Source: Chiloscyllium plagiosum
Lineage: Eukaryota
Length of the DNA stretch: 64,000 nucleotides
NCBI RefSeq assembly: GCF_004010195.1
Contig: NC_057720.1
Coordinates: forward strand, 27,777,473-27,841,472
Reading direction: 5' to 3'
Numbering within the stretch: the stretch's first letter is position 1; every line of letters begins with the position of its first letter. Below, piece by piece: positions 47,289 to 60,434 of this stretch. The position numbers and the translations under genes were made by a program. The notes under the pieces are model-generated. The model did no database searches. It had not been told where the DNA came from and saw only the letters and a program-made list of their open reading frames with translations.

Positions 47289-50200
47289 CCATATATACAC
47301 ATGTAAAAGTGGATTTTTTTACACATTTTTAAAAAAGTTATATTTATGGGACGAATGTCACATGCATACTACTTTTGAGGGGCTGAAATTCATGCTACAG
47401 TCCAAAATACCATATTATTAGCAGAAGCCCAATTGATCTCCAAACGAATAAAGAAAAGAACACAACAAATTACGGTAATTATTGGATGATGACAATAGAA
47501 ACTAAAATGAATTAGTACGCTTTCATTTATACATTTAAAAAGTGAAGTAGAAGTACAATATGGCTTTAAATCACAATTACATGGTACATCTTAAATTAAA
47601 CGTCAAATATAAGAGTTCATTAAGATCCTGCAAAACCACACTGTTCAATCAGTTCAGCACCTAATAAAGCTTCATGTTCATCAGGACGAATGATGTCATC
47701 ATCTGGATCCTCTTCATCTTCTCTTCACTGTCTATAGTTAGAAGTAGCACATCATCCGCTTCTTCTTCTTCATCTATGTCATTCCACAGATAATCATCCT
47801 CTTTACCATCCAATACATTCAAAATTCCATATTTCTTGAATGATTTGAAGGTAGTGTTAGCTTTTATTCCTTTCATGAATCAACGATCCATTCACAGATC
47901 AGTGGCAATGATGGAGCCCACATACTGCCTCCTTTTGTGTATGTTTTTTTCTCCATCATCCCTGTGCCTAAGAAGGCTCATACAGCATGTCTCAATGACT
48001 ACTGCCCAATGGCCATAACTTCGGTGGTCATGAAGTGCTTTGAAAGGCTGGTCATGGGATAAATTAACTCCAGCCTACCCATTAATCTTGACCCATTCCA
48101 ATTTGCCTATTGGACCAACAGATCTATGTCAGATGCCATATCACTTGCCATTCACTCCTCCATAGAACATCTTGACACCAAGAACAGCTACGTAAGAATC
48201 CTACTCATTGACTACAGTTCAGCCTTCAACACTATTATCCCCTCGAGACTAATTACTAAACTTAGTGATCTTGGCCTAAACCCCACTCTCTGCATCTGGA
48301 TCCTCAGTTTCCTGACCCACATGCCATAATCAGTGAAGTTTGGGGACAATATTTCAGCTTCACTAATACTCAACACTCGAGCCCCCCCAGGATGCGTGCT
48401 CAGCCCCCTTCTGTACCCATGACTGCGTTCCCAAATATCAGACTAATGCCATTTACAAGTTCACTAATGACACCACCATAGTTGGTCGAATCTCAGATGG
48501 CAATGAAACAGACTCCAGATGGAAGGCGGAAGACCTGGGAAAAACGGTGCACTAGAACAACCAGCTCTCAATGCCAGCAAAACCAAGGAACTCATTATTG
48601 ACTGTCAGCAGGATGCTACTCATGCCCCCCTACACATTAACAGCACAGAGGTGGAACGAGTGGAGAGTGTTAAGCTCCTGGGAGTGGGCATCCACAACAA
48701 GCTTTCTTGGACTCTTCATGTGGACGCACTGGTTACAAAGGCCCAACAACATCTCTTCTCCTCAGGCAGTTGAGGAAATTTGGCATGACGGCGATTACCC
48801 TTTCCAATTTTTATAGGTGCGCCATCGAGAGCATTCTGTCTGGATGTATCACTACCTGGTATGGTAACTGTACCATTCAAGATCGGAGACGGTTACAGAG
48901 AGTGGTGAACTCGGCCCGGACAATCACAAAAAGGCCAACCTCCCATCTATAGAATCTATATACCAGGCCCGCTGTCAAGGAAAGGCCGCCAGCATTCTCA
49001 AAGATCCATCCCACCCTGGCAAGTTTTTCTGCAACATCTACCATCGGGAGAAAGTACAGAAGCCTGAACACACGCACCAGCCGGTTTCGTAACAGTTTCT
49101 ACCCTACTATTTTTAGAATACTGAATGGACTCACAAACTCTCAATATTCGCCTGTACCTGTGTTTTTGTTTTTGCTGCTGTTCACCTATTATTTACTATC
49201 TATGCTACTTAGCTATGTGATCTGCTTGTATTGCTCACAAGGCAAAGCTTTTCACTGTGCCTCGGTACACGTGACAATAAATTCAATTCATTCATTCATT
49301 CAATTAGTCTACTTCATTCTCATCATGTCCTTACGTGGTTTATTGATACCAACATCTATTGTTTGCAAAACACTTGTCGGTCCGCCAAGAATTATAGCTA
49401 CGTTGGCCTGATGTGATCGGACATCATCAACAACATTTTCCACCAGATGTGATCTAAACTGGTCCTGGACGAGCAAACTCTTTTCCTTGTATGGTCCACC
49501 AGGTCGTAAATTCCAAACTTCCTTCATCCATTTTCTACATCCCCCTTCATCCATCCAGCCTTGTGGATGCATACAGCCGGCAATTCCTTTAGGAAATTTC
49601 TCCTTTGGCAAAGTTTTTCACTTAAAACAGCCATCGGTTTGAACTTAGTGTCATCAGCCATATAAGAAAGAAATAAAGTCAACCTACTTTTCTCATGGCC
49701 ATTGGTTTTCACCAGTACTGCTTGTTCTCCTTTTTTGGTTCACAGTTCGATTCTCTGGCATGTTGAGAGTAAAATAGCATTTCGTCCATGTTTCCAATGC
49801 ATGATGACTTGCAGCCTTTCTTCTGCCGATTTCTGATTACAAACTGGTGAATCTGTAAAATCTTCTAGTTCAGCAGGCAGCTTTTGTGCAGTCTTAGTTG
49901 TCTGTCGAGGTACTGAGTCATGCCTTCTCATGAACCTTGAGCACTATCCAGCACTTGCCTTAAAATCTGAAATTCCATCCTTCTTTGATTCATTTTGTGC
50001 ATGGATTCGGATAGCTTCACGACTAACATATTTTCCATTTTGATGATTTTCAAGTACCCATTCAGCAACTGTTTTCTCCAAGTGTGGCCACTTGCCGGGT
50101 TTACCTCTGTTAGCACACTTTTGTTTTGGCATTGTCTGAAGTTGGTTCCATACCTTTCTCTAGTCTCTCACAAGTTTCTCCAAAACACAAAATTCTCTTG

Positions 50201-50627
50201 CTGTTACGTAGTTATTTGTCTTCTCTGCAATTTCAATAACTTTCAGTTAAAATGCTGCTGTATATGTTTTAGTTTTTCTGGAGGACATTTTTACACAAAA
50301 CAATGAGGAAATTTCAAAACCTCAACTCAGTATATGACTGTATTTCACCAGGTTCATTGTCACTTGACTCAGACCTGATGCATCTTAAATTGGTGTGAAT
50401 TGGTGTGAATTGTACATTAAATCACATAATAGTACGAAAAAGAAAATTCACTTCCTCATCGTAACATTTATGTACAGGATAATACCTTGACTCACAAATG
50501 TTGATCAGTTGTCTGTAAAGAATTAGGGTCAACTTTTATACTAGACAAATGGAAAATTCCAGCTTATTTGGCCAAAAATAGGGGGTCAACTTTTACATGA
50601 GATTGACTTTTACTGGAGTAGGTATGG
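47289..50627 (-). mobile_element. pogo-superfamily (POGK-like) DNA transposon, decayed, interrupted by a Rex1 LINE
   Basis: TIRs ccatatatacacatgtaaaagt / acttttactggagtaggtatgg flanked by TA. Transposase pieces GKWPHLEKTVAEWV (CENP-B HTH), KTNGHEKSRLT, GWMDE..W...VW..RPGG, DQFRSH, GGPTSVLQTIDVGINKP, FKKYGILNVLDGKEDD. Confidence 0.88.
47960..49303 (+). mobile_element. Rex1/Babar LINE, 5'-truncated
   Basis: [59 protein letters not shown]; tail aataaattcaattcattcattcatt. Confidence 0.88.
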
Positions 50628-50631
50628 TACT

Positions 50632-50768
50632 TGATTCCTGATGAAAGGCTTTTGCCCGAAACATTGATTTTCCTGCTCCTCGGATGCTACCTGACCTGCT
50701 GTGCCTTTCCAGCATTACTCTAATCTTGACTCTAATCTCTAGCATATGCAATACCCACTTCTGCCTAG
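50632..50768 (+). mobile_element. Penelope-derived short element with hammerhead-like core
   Basis: attcCTGATGAaaggcttttgcccGAAACattgattttcctgctcctcggatgct...ccagc. Confidence 0.7.
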
Positions 50769-51789
50769 ATATGGTATTTGTCAGGTTGAAGATGAAGTTC
50801 AGTTTTAAATATTAAAAGTTGATTGTATTAATTTTTTTTGACAACACTTCTGTTTCATATAACATTTTCCACTCTCAGCTAAAACGGCTTTACACAAAGA
50901 CCAGAAGATGTGCAGGTATATTGCAAGTTGACTTGATCTTAAATTTCTATTCCTTTTAATGTTTTTGATTTAGAAGGGCGGCCAATATTTAAACTTTCCA
51001 AACTTGAAATTCTGCAGTAAAACAAAGGCACAGATATTTCCCAACTGTTGGCCCTTGCATTGTTCTACACTGGGTACATTTCATCATTGCAAAAGTGAAG
51101 CTTCAGATGGGGATCCTCCCATTGTATGCTTGCTACATCTATTATCAGGAGTTAATGATGGCAATCAACTACATAGACCAGATGATACTATGCACGTTAG
51201 AAACAGGAAACAAATTGTCAAGCAGAGCTTTGTGTAAATTGCTAATCAAGTAACATCTTTGATATTAAGGACATGATCAGATTTAAACTAGACTATTTTA
51301 TTCATGAAGATCTAATTCAAAATAAAACCACTGAGAGTCTGAGGCTGTCCTGTTTTTGTAAGACTATCCTAGTAGGTCATAGGCAGTCAGTGGTGATTAT
51401 GCTTCTCAGTTTTTGATCATGTTATCAAGGGATCCTGGATATGGATTGATACATTTGCATGCACTTTTCCGAAAAATGTGTTTTCAGAATGTACCTCTGT
51501 TTTGCTGGTCAAGCTGTCAATCACATCTTCTTTCCCTTTGCTCCATTATTTTTTATCTATGTTTGGGAACATAAGAGATGCTGGTAAGGCACCATTCATC
51601 CATTCATTGCACATTCCCAGTTGCATGAGGTTACTAAAGTTCAACCATATCATGGCGAACTGGAATCACACTTGCAACAGACTGGAAGGTATTTCAGATT
51701 CCCTTCTTTTCAGGACATTGGTGAAACTTATTCGTTATATGGTTTAATATAGGTAAGTAAGTATCTTTTAACAGTGTTGTGAAACTTTT

Positions 51790-52540
51790 TTTATATTTAT
51801 TTGTGGGATGTGGGCGTCACTGGCTGGCCAGCATTTATTGCCTGTCCTTAGTTGCCCTTCAGAAGGTGGAGGTGAAGCTTCACTTTTACAATGATATCTT
51901 CTTGAACTGCTGAAGTCTATCTGCTGTGGGTTGACCCACAATGCCATGAGGGACAGAATCCCATGATTTTGACCTACCGACAGTAAAGGAATGGCAATAT
52001 ATTTCCAAGTCAAGATGGTGAGTGACTTTGAGGGGAACTGTTGGTGGTGGTGTTCCCATGTATCTGCTGCCCTTGTCCTTCTAGATGGATGTGGTCGTGG
52101 GTTTGGAAAGTGCTGTCTGAAGATCTTTGGTGAATTTCTGTCATGCATCTTGTAGATAATGGATGCTTGTGGATGTAGTCCCAATCTCGTACACTGCTTT
52201 TTCCTGGATGGTGTCAATCTTCTTGAATGTTGTTGGAGCATAACTCATCCAGATAAGTGGGGAGTATTCTATCCCTTTCCTGATTTGTGACTTGTAGATG
52301 GTATTCAGGCTTTGAGGGGTCAGGAGGTGAGTTACTTGCTGCAGTATTCCTCACCTCTGACCTGCACTTGTAGCCACTGTGTTTATGTAGTGAGTCCAGC
52401 TGAGTTTCTGGTCAATGATAACCCCAGGACGTTGCTAATGGGGGATTCAGTGATGGTATCACCATTGAAATTCAAGGTGGTGGTTCGATTGTCTCTTGTT
52501 GGAGATGGTCATAGCCTGACATTTTCGTAGTGCAAATGTT
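51790..52540 (-). mobile_element. Old LINE 3' part (continues at 54412-54935 after the Penelope insertion)
   Basis: Tail atttatttgtgggatgtgggcgtcactggctggccagc; ends at ...caaatgttact and resumes at ...taaatgttacttgccac (54413). Confidence 0.75.
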
Positions 52541-52806
52541 ACTCCAACATCCACAAACAAAGCTGCATTAGAACATTATTTCAATGAGCCACCACATACT
52601 GCAGCACAGAAGAACTATGAAGAGCAGAGGAAAATCACTTATGTAGTGTATTCATAAAGAATAAGTACCCAACCAACATAGTCCGCTGATTTCTCAGCAA
52701 CAAACCTAAACAAGCACACAGAACATATCCAGAAACTCTAGCCACTCTCCCCAACATCAAAGACATCTCAGAAATGACTGCCAGACTACTCAGACCTCTT
52801 GGCATA

Positions 52807-53620
52807 ATTGAATTGAATTGAATTTATTGTCATGTGTACCGAGGCAAAGTGAAAAGCTTTGTCTTGTGAGCAATAAAGGCAGATTACATAGTTAAGTGAC
52901 AGGGATAGTAAATAATGGGTAAACAGCGGCAAAAACAAAAACATGTACAGCTGAATATTAAGAGTTTGTGAGTCCATTCAATATTCTAACAACAGTAGGG
53001 TAGAAACTGTTGCAAAACCGGCTGGTACGTGTGTTCGGGCTTCTATCCATTCTCCCTGATGGTAGAGATTGTAGAAAAACATTGCCAGGGTGGGATGGAT
53101 CTTTGAGAATGCTGGCAGCCTTTCCTTGACGGCGGGCCAGGTAGATGGATTCTATAGATGGGAGGTTGGCCTTTGTGATTGTCTGGGCCGAGTTCACCAC
53201 TCTCTGTAAGTGTCTCCGATCTTGAATGGTACAGTTGCCATACCAGGTAGTGAAACATCCAGAAGAAGAACATCCTATAAAAGTTGGCAAGGGTAACTGC
53301 TGTCATGCCAAATTTTCTCAACCGCCTGAGGAAGAAGAGACATTGTTGAGCCTTTGTAACCAGTGTGTCCACTTGAAGAGTCCAAGAAAGCTTGTTGTGG
53401 ATGACCACTCCCAGGAGCTTGACACTCTCCACTTGTTCCACCTCTGTGATGTTAATGAGTAGGAGGGCATGAATAAACCTGTTGAAAGTCAAAAATGAGT
53501 TTCTTGGTTTTGCTGGCATTGAGAGCTTGGTTGAGAGCACCATTTTTCTAGGTCTTCCACCTCCTGTCTGTAGTCTGTTTCATTGTCATCTAAGATTTGA
53601 CTGACTATGGTGCATCATCA
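52807..53620 (-). mobile_element. Rex1/Babar LINE 3' part
   Basis: Reverse complement of the 48500-49290 family; tail attgaattgaattgaatttatt; candidate TSD gcata (52802-52806, 53621-53625). Confidence 0.88.
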
Positions 53621-53812
53621 GCATAGCCCACAAATCCACCAACACATTAAAACAACAGTTAATGAACTTGAAGGACCCTAGTTAGACAACAAGCAAACTA
53701 ATGTCATTTACAAAATACCTTGCAAGAACTGTAACAAACATTACATTGGACAAACAGGCAGAAAACTAGCCACCAGGATACATGAACATTAACTGGCCAC
53801 AAAAATACATGA

Positions 53813-53973
53813 GGAGAAAGTGAGGACTGCAGATGCTGGAGATCGAAGCTGAAAATGTATTGCTGGAAAAGCGCAGCAGGTCAGGCAGCATCCAAGGAGC
53901 AGGATCCTTGCTGCTTCTCCTGCTCCTTGGATGCTGCCTGACCTGCTGCGCTTTTCCAGCAACACATTTTCAG
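53813..53973. mobile_element. Penelope-derived fold-back element (centre deleted) with 15-bp TSD
   Basis: TSD cacaaaaatacatga at 53798-53812 and 53974-53988; inverted arms as in 32673-32889. Confidence 0.85.
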
Positions 53974-54293
53974 CACAAAAATACATGACTTATTCTCACT
54001 AGTATCTTTACATACAGTTAAGGAAGGACACCACTTTGACTAGGACAACACATCCAGCCTAGGACAAACCAAACAGAGACACACACAAAAATCCCTAGAA
54101 GCATGGCATTCCAACTGAACTCTATCAACAAACACATCGACTTGGATCCCATTTACCATCCCTTGAGTAAAAAAACCCAGAAAAATGACATCACCATATG
54201 AAATGACATCACCACAGGAAATGACATCACCAACCGAAGGAAGCCTCACATAAATAAAAAGCAGGCCATCCCACCAGTGCTTCATCTGGAGGC

Positions 54294-54333
54294 TCACTGA
54301 TGATGTTACCTTGTATGGTGACGAAATGTCTGA
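54294..54333 (+). ncRNA. Hammerhead ribozyme motif in the Penelope 3' terminal repeat
   Basis: uca-CUGAUGA-u-GUUACC-uuguau-GGUGAC-GAAA-uGUC-uga: stem I uca/uga, stem II, core; the usual GAAAC has C>T. Confidence 0.65.
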
Positions 54334-54951
54334 AACCAAACCTTACAGTTCAACAAGCAAACCTACATCCAGAACTTCAATCTGAGCTACAAATCTTCTC
54401 AAACCCCATTAGTAAATGTTACTTGCCACTTGTCAGCTCAAACCTGGACATTGCCCAGATCTTGTTATGTTTAAACATGGACTGCTTCAGTGTCTGAGGA
54501 TTTCAGCAAATGGTTGTGCACTTCTAACCTTATGTTGGAGGGAAGGTCATTGATGAGGCAGCTAAAGATGGTTGGGTCTAAGACATTACCCTGAGGATTG
54601 ACCTCCAACAACCATGACCATCTTCCCACGTCAGGCATGACTCCAACCAGTGGAGAATTAGCTCTGATACACATTGATTCTATTTTTGCTAGAGTTCCTC
54701 GATGCCACACTCGGTCGAATGTAACCTTGATGTCAAAAAGAGTCACTCTTGCCTCACCTCTGGAATTCAGTTCTTTTGTCCATGTTTAAACCAAGGCTGT
54801 AATGAGGTCAGGAACTGAGTGGTCATGGTGGAACCCAAACTACATGTCACTGAGCAGGTTATTGTGATTATTGTGATGAGAATTGAGAGTAGACACTTGG
54901 ACCAGATTGCTTTTGCCTTCCTTTTTTTGTATAGGGTATAGCTTGGTATTT

Positions 54952-55151
54952 GCTGAAAATGTGTTGTTGGAAAAGCTCAGCAGGTCAGGCAACATCCAAG
55001 GAGCAGGAGAGTTGACGTTTCGGGCATGAGAAGGAGGGCTCATGCCCGAAACGTTGATTCTCCTGCTTCTTGGATGCTTCCTGACCCGCTGCACTTTTCC
55101 AGCAACACATTTTCAGCTCTGATCTCCAGCATCTGCAGTCCACACTTTCTC
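54952..55151. mobile_element. Penelope-derived fold-back element, opposite orientation, 14-bp TSD
   Basis: TSD atagcttggtattt / atagctgggtattt (54938-54951, 55152-55165); inverted arms. Confidence 0.85.
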
Positions 55152-56779
55152 ATAGCTGGGTATTTTTCTACATTGTTGGCAATACTGCAGCTCTTTGTAC
55201 AAATGTTCACCACCACTCTATTTCCAGTCACTCATCCAACTTCATATCCATGCTGCCATTGATAACTTTTAATCCATTGACTTCAATTTTACTGACAAGT
55301 CTGTTATGTAGCATTTTATCAAGTGGGTTTTGGAGGTCCACATGAATCACATAAAGTGCATCACTACAATCAGTCCTCTCTCAGTTGTCTTCACAAATAA
55401 ATAAGTTGAATATGATTTGTCCTGAACAAATCTATGCTGTCATTTGTCCAAGTGGTTATTAATATTGTCCTGAATTATAATTTTTAAAGCTTTCCTACCA
55501 ACAAGGTTAGCTTAGTGAAGATATGTTTGCTGGACTTATTCTTTAAACCATTTTATATAAAAGTGTAACATTTCGATTCTCCAGTCTTCTGGACCCTTGC
55601 ATCTAAAGCGAGATTATAGCCAGTACCTCCACAAGTTTCAGCTTTAAAATTTCCCTCCATATTTTCAGCGACATCTGATTGGTCCGTTGTCCTATCAACT
55701 TTAAGTACACTCAGCTTTTCTAACATGCTTTTTCAATTATCAGCAGGATCTTCTTCTTTGTTAAAGACCGATGTAAAATATTCATCTATTACCTGAGTTT
55801 TGCCTCCTTGCATAAGGCCGTTATTGGTATGTAATCAACTCAGCTCCTCCTATTACCAGCCTATCACAATTTATATGTCTCAAGAAGACATTTCCATTCC
55901 ATTTTGTATCAGCAGATAGTCTCCTCTCATTTAGTCCTTTCTCCTGAGTGTTACTATCCTTCGCTAACTAATTAACTTTAACCTCATCATTTAATCAAAC
56001 ATTGATTGTAATGATAACATAAATGATCAATTTGGCTTTTGCTTTTATATTAATTAAATCCGTAAAAGTGAGGTGTCAGTCTGGTGAATGACAACGCAGG
56101 ACCATATGCATGCTAACCAGCATAAGGAATATGCACAGGCCAGTCTATCTTTCATAAGTATTGCTAAATTTCATGAAGATGACACTAAATGAACTATATC
56201 TTCAAAATATGCAATTACATTCTACTGAATCCTTGTTTAACAATCTACTCTCACAGTTTTTGATTAAACCGCGCCTTTATAAATGCTGATTAATATTTCC
56301 CTTTTGTTTTAATCACCATCTGACCTGTAAGTACTCGGTTACTCCCTTCCTTTCTAAACAATTTTAGTAGTCCTGTGGCATTGCCAGGGAGAATGGAAAA
56401 ATGATAGAGCCCTATCTCCTCTTTTGTTATTCTTAGCCACCAGGAATCCATTTCACCCAGGCATTAACTATTAATCACCTAAACCCCTTAACATTTAGCT
56501 CTCATGATATATTATTGCCCACTATTATTGCCCACTCCTTAATTAAAATGACTGCACAGTCCAATCTTTTGTGGATATAGAAACAAGTATTCATCTTTCA
56601 CCTCATGTAAATTACCCATTGGGTCTCGAATCGTACTTTTTCCCTTAGTTATCACCTTCCTGTTATGTATCTGTAAATTATCTTTTACGTTTTCTCTGTT
56701 TTGCTGCCAATATTTTTCATAGCCTCTCTTTGCTTTATTAATTTTCGTTTTAATTTCACTCTGGATTTTCTCTATGACG

Positions 56780-57790
56780 GATCGTAGATATTATGATGAA
56801 ATTGCCATTGATGCGCTTTCATGCCCCTCAACTGTTTAAAACGCTTTTGAATGGGCAACTATTATTAACAGTGCAGCGTCAGCCCTGCAGCATTCCCATG
56901 TCTTATTTTAACCCATCCCCCATTCCACCTGGCACCTTACCCTTTGGGGATGGTTGAGGGAATTTCAAGTTGAAGAATTTTGATTAGTGTATGATAATCA
57001 CATGGTTGTCACATGTATACGTGTGTGTATGCTACAGTAACGGCCGATCATTCGGTCAGCGGATCTTTGGCGTTCTGATTCCGGTCAGGTTCAACCCATC
57101 TCCGTATGAACTGACCCATGTATGTTTGCCATTATGGTCAGAGGATATCGTTTTCCTAAACGGCTTCATATTGCTTTCAAAGATTGAACGCAGAAACGAT
57201 ATTTGATGGCAGGAATGTTCACGTGAAAGTGTAGGCACTGAGGAACCAGTAAGTGCATTATAGTATGTTTTAAATGACTTTATTTGCAGCTGGGAAATCT
57301 AGTTAAGGATAAATAAGGAAAATAACTTGTCATTTCAAGTCTTCAGGTAGTGGCTTTGTTTGGCGGTTATGAGTATACATGTTTTTGACTGTAGTCAATG
57401 TTGTCCATTTTAATTTAAGAGCTTAAAGAATTACGGGTGGTTTGCTGGAGTTATTGAATGAAGGGAAGGGGTGAATTATGCTCCGGTATTCCGCTGTACT
57501 GTTGATCTTTGAACATTTATGACACAAAAATCTTGCACTTTTACTGTACACTAATATGAACACACTTGTGTGGTGTACTCGAGTTTATATCTTAATGTCA
57601 GCCCATGGATAAAGGGGCAAACTGGGTCTGCTCTTCTATGTTCGAGTACCGGTCGGTATATGCACAATACACGTGACGTTAATTCTCCTCGAATTGAAAG
57701 CTATTTAGTTTTATATAATCTTGTAACGAGGGATGGGAGGTTCGGTAAAATGTTCTAATGCAGGTGTACATAGTGTCCCGCAGCAACGGA
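56780..57790 (+). promoter_or_regulatory. CpG-enriched unique region; candidate promoter and non-coding first exon (donor at 57249)
   Basis: Visibly higher CpG density than the CpG-depleted surroundings, no recognisable repeat, ETS-like ttccgg, and CCA|GTAAGT donor. Confidence 0.45.
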
Positions 57791-59144
57791 TGGGCTAAAT
57801 GATGAGTTGTTTATAGTTAGAGACAAAAAGACTGCAGATACTGGCATCCAAGGTAGACAAGCAGGAGGCTGGAAGAACACAGCAAGCCGGGAACACGGCA
57901 GCATCAGGAGGTGGAGAAGTCAGTGTTTCGGGTATAACTGTTACGGTGCTGGTCTCTACTGGGATATTTCATGAAACAGCTTGATTTAATGCACCTTGAT
58001 TCATGAAACAGCTTGATTTAGCGAGTGTCTGGGATTTTCGTTTGATAGTGAAAGATGGGTCAGCATTTTGGGTGGGACTTTCCAAAATCAGTTCTTAGTG
58101 ACTCCTCTGCGTTCAGACGCTGTGATGCTGATTGATCTGCTGCACGTTGAAAAATGGAAACTGCTATTCCCATTTCCACCATTTCACTACTTTATGGATG
58201 AATCATTGCTGTTTCATGTAAAATTATGGTTCCAATAGGTCATAGTGGCAAGAGACCTGGCCTGACACAGACATTCAGGTATGAAATTGAAGCATCTTTG
58301 CCGATTCTTTTATTCTTTTCCTTCCATCTTTGTCGAATGGTATGATTGGAGGTGTTTAACATTCTGACATCCTGATGAGTTGCTTTTATTTATGTGAGTG
58401 TTACCACAATATTTCCAAGCTATTGATCATGGGACGTTTCGCAATTATCTCTGATTCTCTCGTATGTATTTTCCAGCACCGATTGTGAATAAGAATTGGG
58501 TTGATAGACTTCATTAATTTTGTTTTGTTCCTGGGTAAAGGACAGAAAGTCCAGTGGTAACATTTGCACCAGTGTCCTAGTAGGAATTAGTTACCACAGC
58601 CTTCAGACAACTTTTGTTGAAATGCCTTTAGAAAGCCATCTATGGGATGTGGATGTCGCTGGCTGGAACAACATTTATTGTCCGAGTTGCTCTTGAAGGT
58701 GGTGGTGAGCTGCTTTCTTGAACTGCTGCAGTCCATTTGCTGTAGTTAGGCCCACAGTGCCTTTAGGGAGAGAGTTCCAGAATTTTGACTGACAGTGAAG
58801 GAATGGTGATGTGTTTCGGAATCAGGATGGTGAGTGGCTTGGAGAGGAACTTGCAGGTCATTTTGTCTCTCGAGATGGTATTGGGCATGGGCTTGTGGGA
58901 TGCTGTCTAAGGAGCCTTGGGGAATTTCTGCAGTGCATCTGGTGCAGCTGCATTATTGCAACTGAGCATCCTTGGTAGAAGGAGTGAATAGCACCACATC
59001 CCCAAACAATCAAATAGGCTGCTTCTCCTGGATGATGTCAAGCTTCTTGAGTGTTGTTGGAGCTGTACCAATTCAGGCAAGTGGGGAATACAGTTTCCCA
59101 CCCCTTCCACCTCCCACCCCCCAACCGAGTTGGTGGAGTCCTGA

Positions 59145-59360
59145 CAGCATGGTGGCTCACAGCACCATGGACCCAGGTTCAGTTCCATCTTGGGGGACTG
59201 TCTGTCTATGTAGAGTTTGCACTGGTTGTGCCAGTTTTCTCCCAGGGTCCAAGGATGTGCAGGTTAGGTGGATTGGCCAGGATAAATGTGGAGTGACTGG
59301 GTTGGAGAGTGGGATACTCTTCAGAGGGTTGGTGTGGGTGGGCTGAATGGCCTCTCTCCT
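59145..59360 (+). mobile_element. Decayed HE1/V-SINE
   Basis: cagcatggtggctc...ccaggttcagttcca...agagtttgcac...gatgtgcaggttaggtggattggcc. Confidence 0.7.
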
Positions 59361-59805
59361 CACGTCTTGTTCTTGTACCCGCAGTACTTGTGCAACTAGT
59401 CCCTTTCAGTTTCTGGTGAATGATAACCTCAGGATGCTGATCGAAGTGGATTCAGTTATAGTAATGCCATTGAATGTCAAGGGGCAATGGTTACATTCTC
59501 TCTTATTGGAGATGGTTATTGCCTAGCACGTCAGGCATAAATGTTTTTTTGCCACTTGGCAGTCCAAATCTGGATATTGTCCAGGTCTTGCTGCATTTGG
59601 ACATGGCCTACTTCAGTATCTGGAGAGTCATGAATGGTGCTGAATGTTGTGCAATCATCAGAGAACATTCCCACCTCTGAAATTATGATGGAGGGAATGT
59701 CATAGATTAAGCAACTGAAAATGGATGGGCTGAGGGTTCGATCGTGAGTAACTCCCAATGAGATGTCCTACAGCTGAATTTCATGATTCCCCCCACAACC
59801 ACCAT

Positions 59806-60434
59806 TGTCACTGGGCTAATCCTTTTTTTTCTAAAAGCTGCTCCTTGGCTCAAGGACTCTTTTTTTTCAGAGGGACAATAAACCGGGCTGGGCTTCGATC
59901 AGTCTGGTTTGGTACAGAGCTGAAAAGGATTTTGCGAGGCCTTTTCAGATGAGATATGTAAACAGATGAGACTTCAGGCCAAAGTGGTCACGCTTTAGAT
60001 TCAAAGAAATGGGAGTGGTCAGCTCTCTAGCTGAGCAGTTTTAGTTCAGTGTTGAACTGATGGGAAGTTTAACAGGGTGCTGTGCAGTCTCTCTCGCATG
60101 CTCTCTTTCCTCCCTTTCTGCCCCTCAACTTCAACCTGTAAGCATGTGTTCCATTTATACTGGTTTTTAAAGGGAGTTTGCTTATTGGGACTGTTGTGTA
60201 TATTCGGAACAACATAATTAAGTCTAGTTGGATAGGCTGAGTTCCGTAGGGAGTCTTTGTTCTGTTCTTTCCTTCCTTGTGAATAAAATTTTGTCTGTTT
60301 TAAAATCTATTAGTCATCCTAGCTAATTTAATCTGGGTAATTTTCATTGTACACTTACCGAAACAAATTGCAAAGTTATGGTCTGGGGCTGTCTGCTTCA
60401 GAATATTTTGTGTGGTCTGGCCTAGTCCATAATG
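59806..60434 (+). mobile_element. Solo LTR of the Gmr1-type family
   Basis: Colinear with the LTRs at 33115 and 39295; perfect 4-bp TSD ccat (59802-59805, 60435-60438). Confidence 0.88.

Larger units (their letters stand above)
52545..54410 (+). mobile_element. Penelope-like element, 3' part with GIY-YIG endonuclease, interrupted by Rex1 and a fold-back element
   Basis: NVIYKIPCKNCNKHYIGQTGRKLATRIHEH at ~53701-53790 (GIY-YIG); upstream linker ...EEENHL..VF..N.YP; downstream LEAWHS..SINKHIDL..IY; hammerhead motif in the 3' terminal repeat. Confidence 0.88.
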
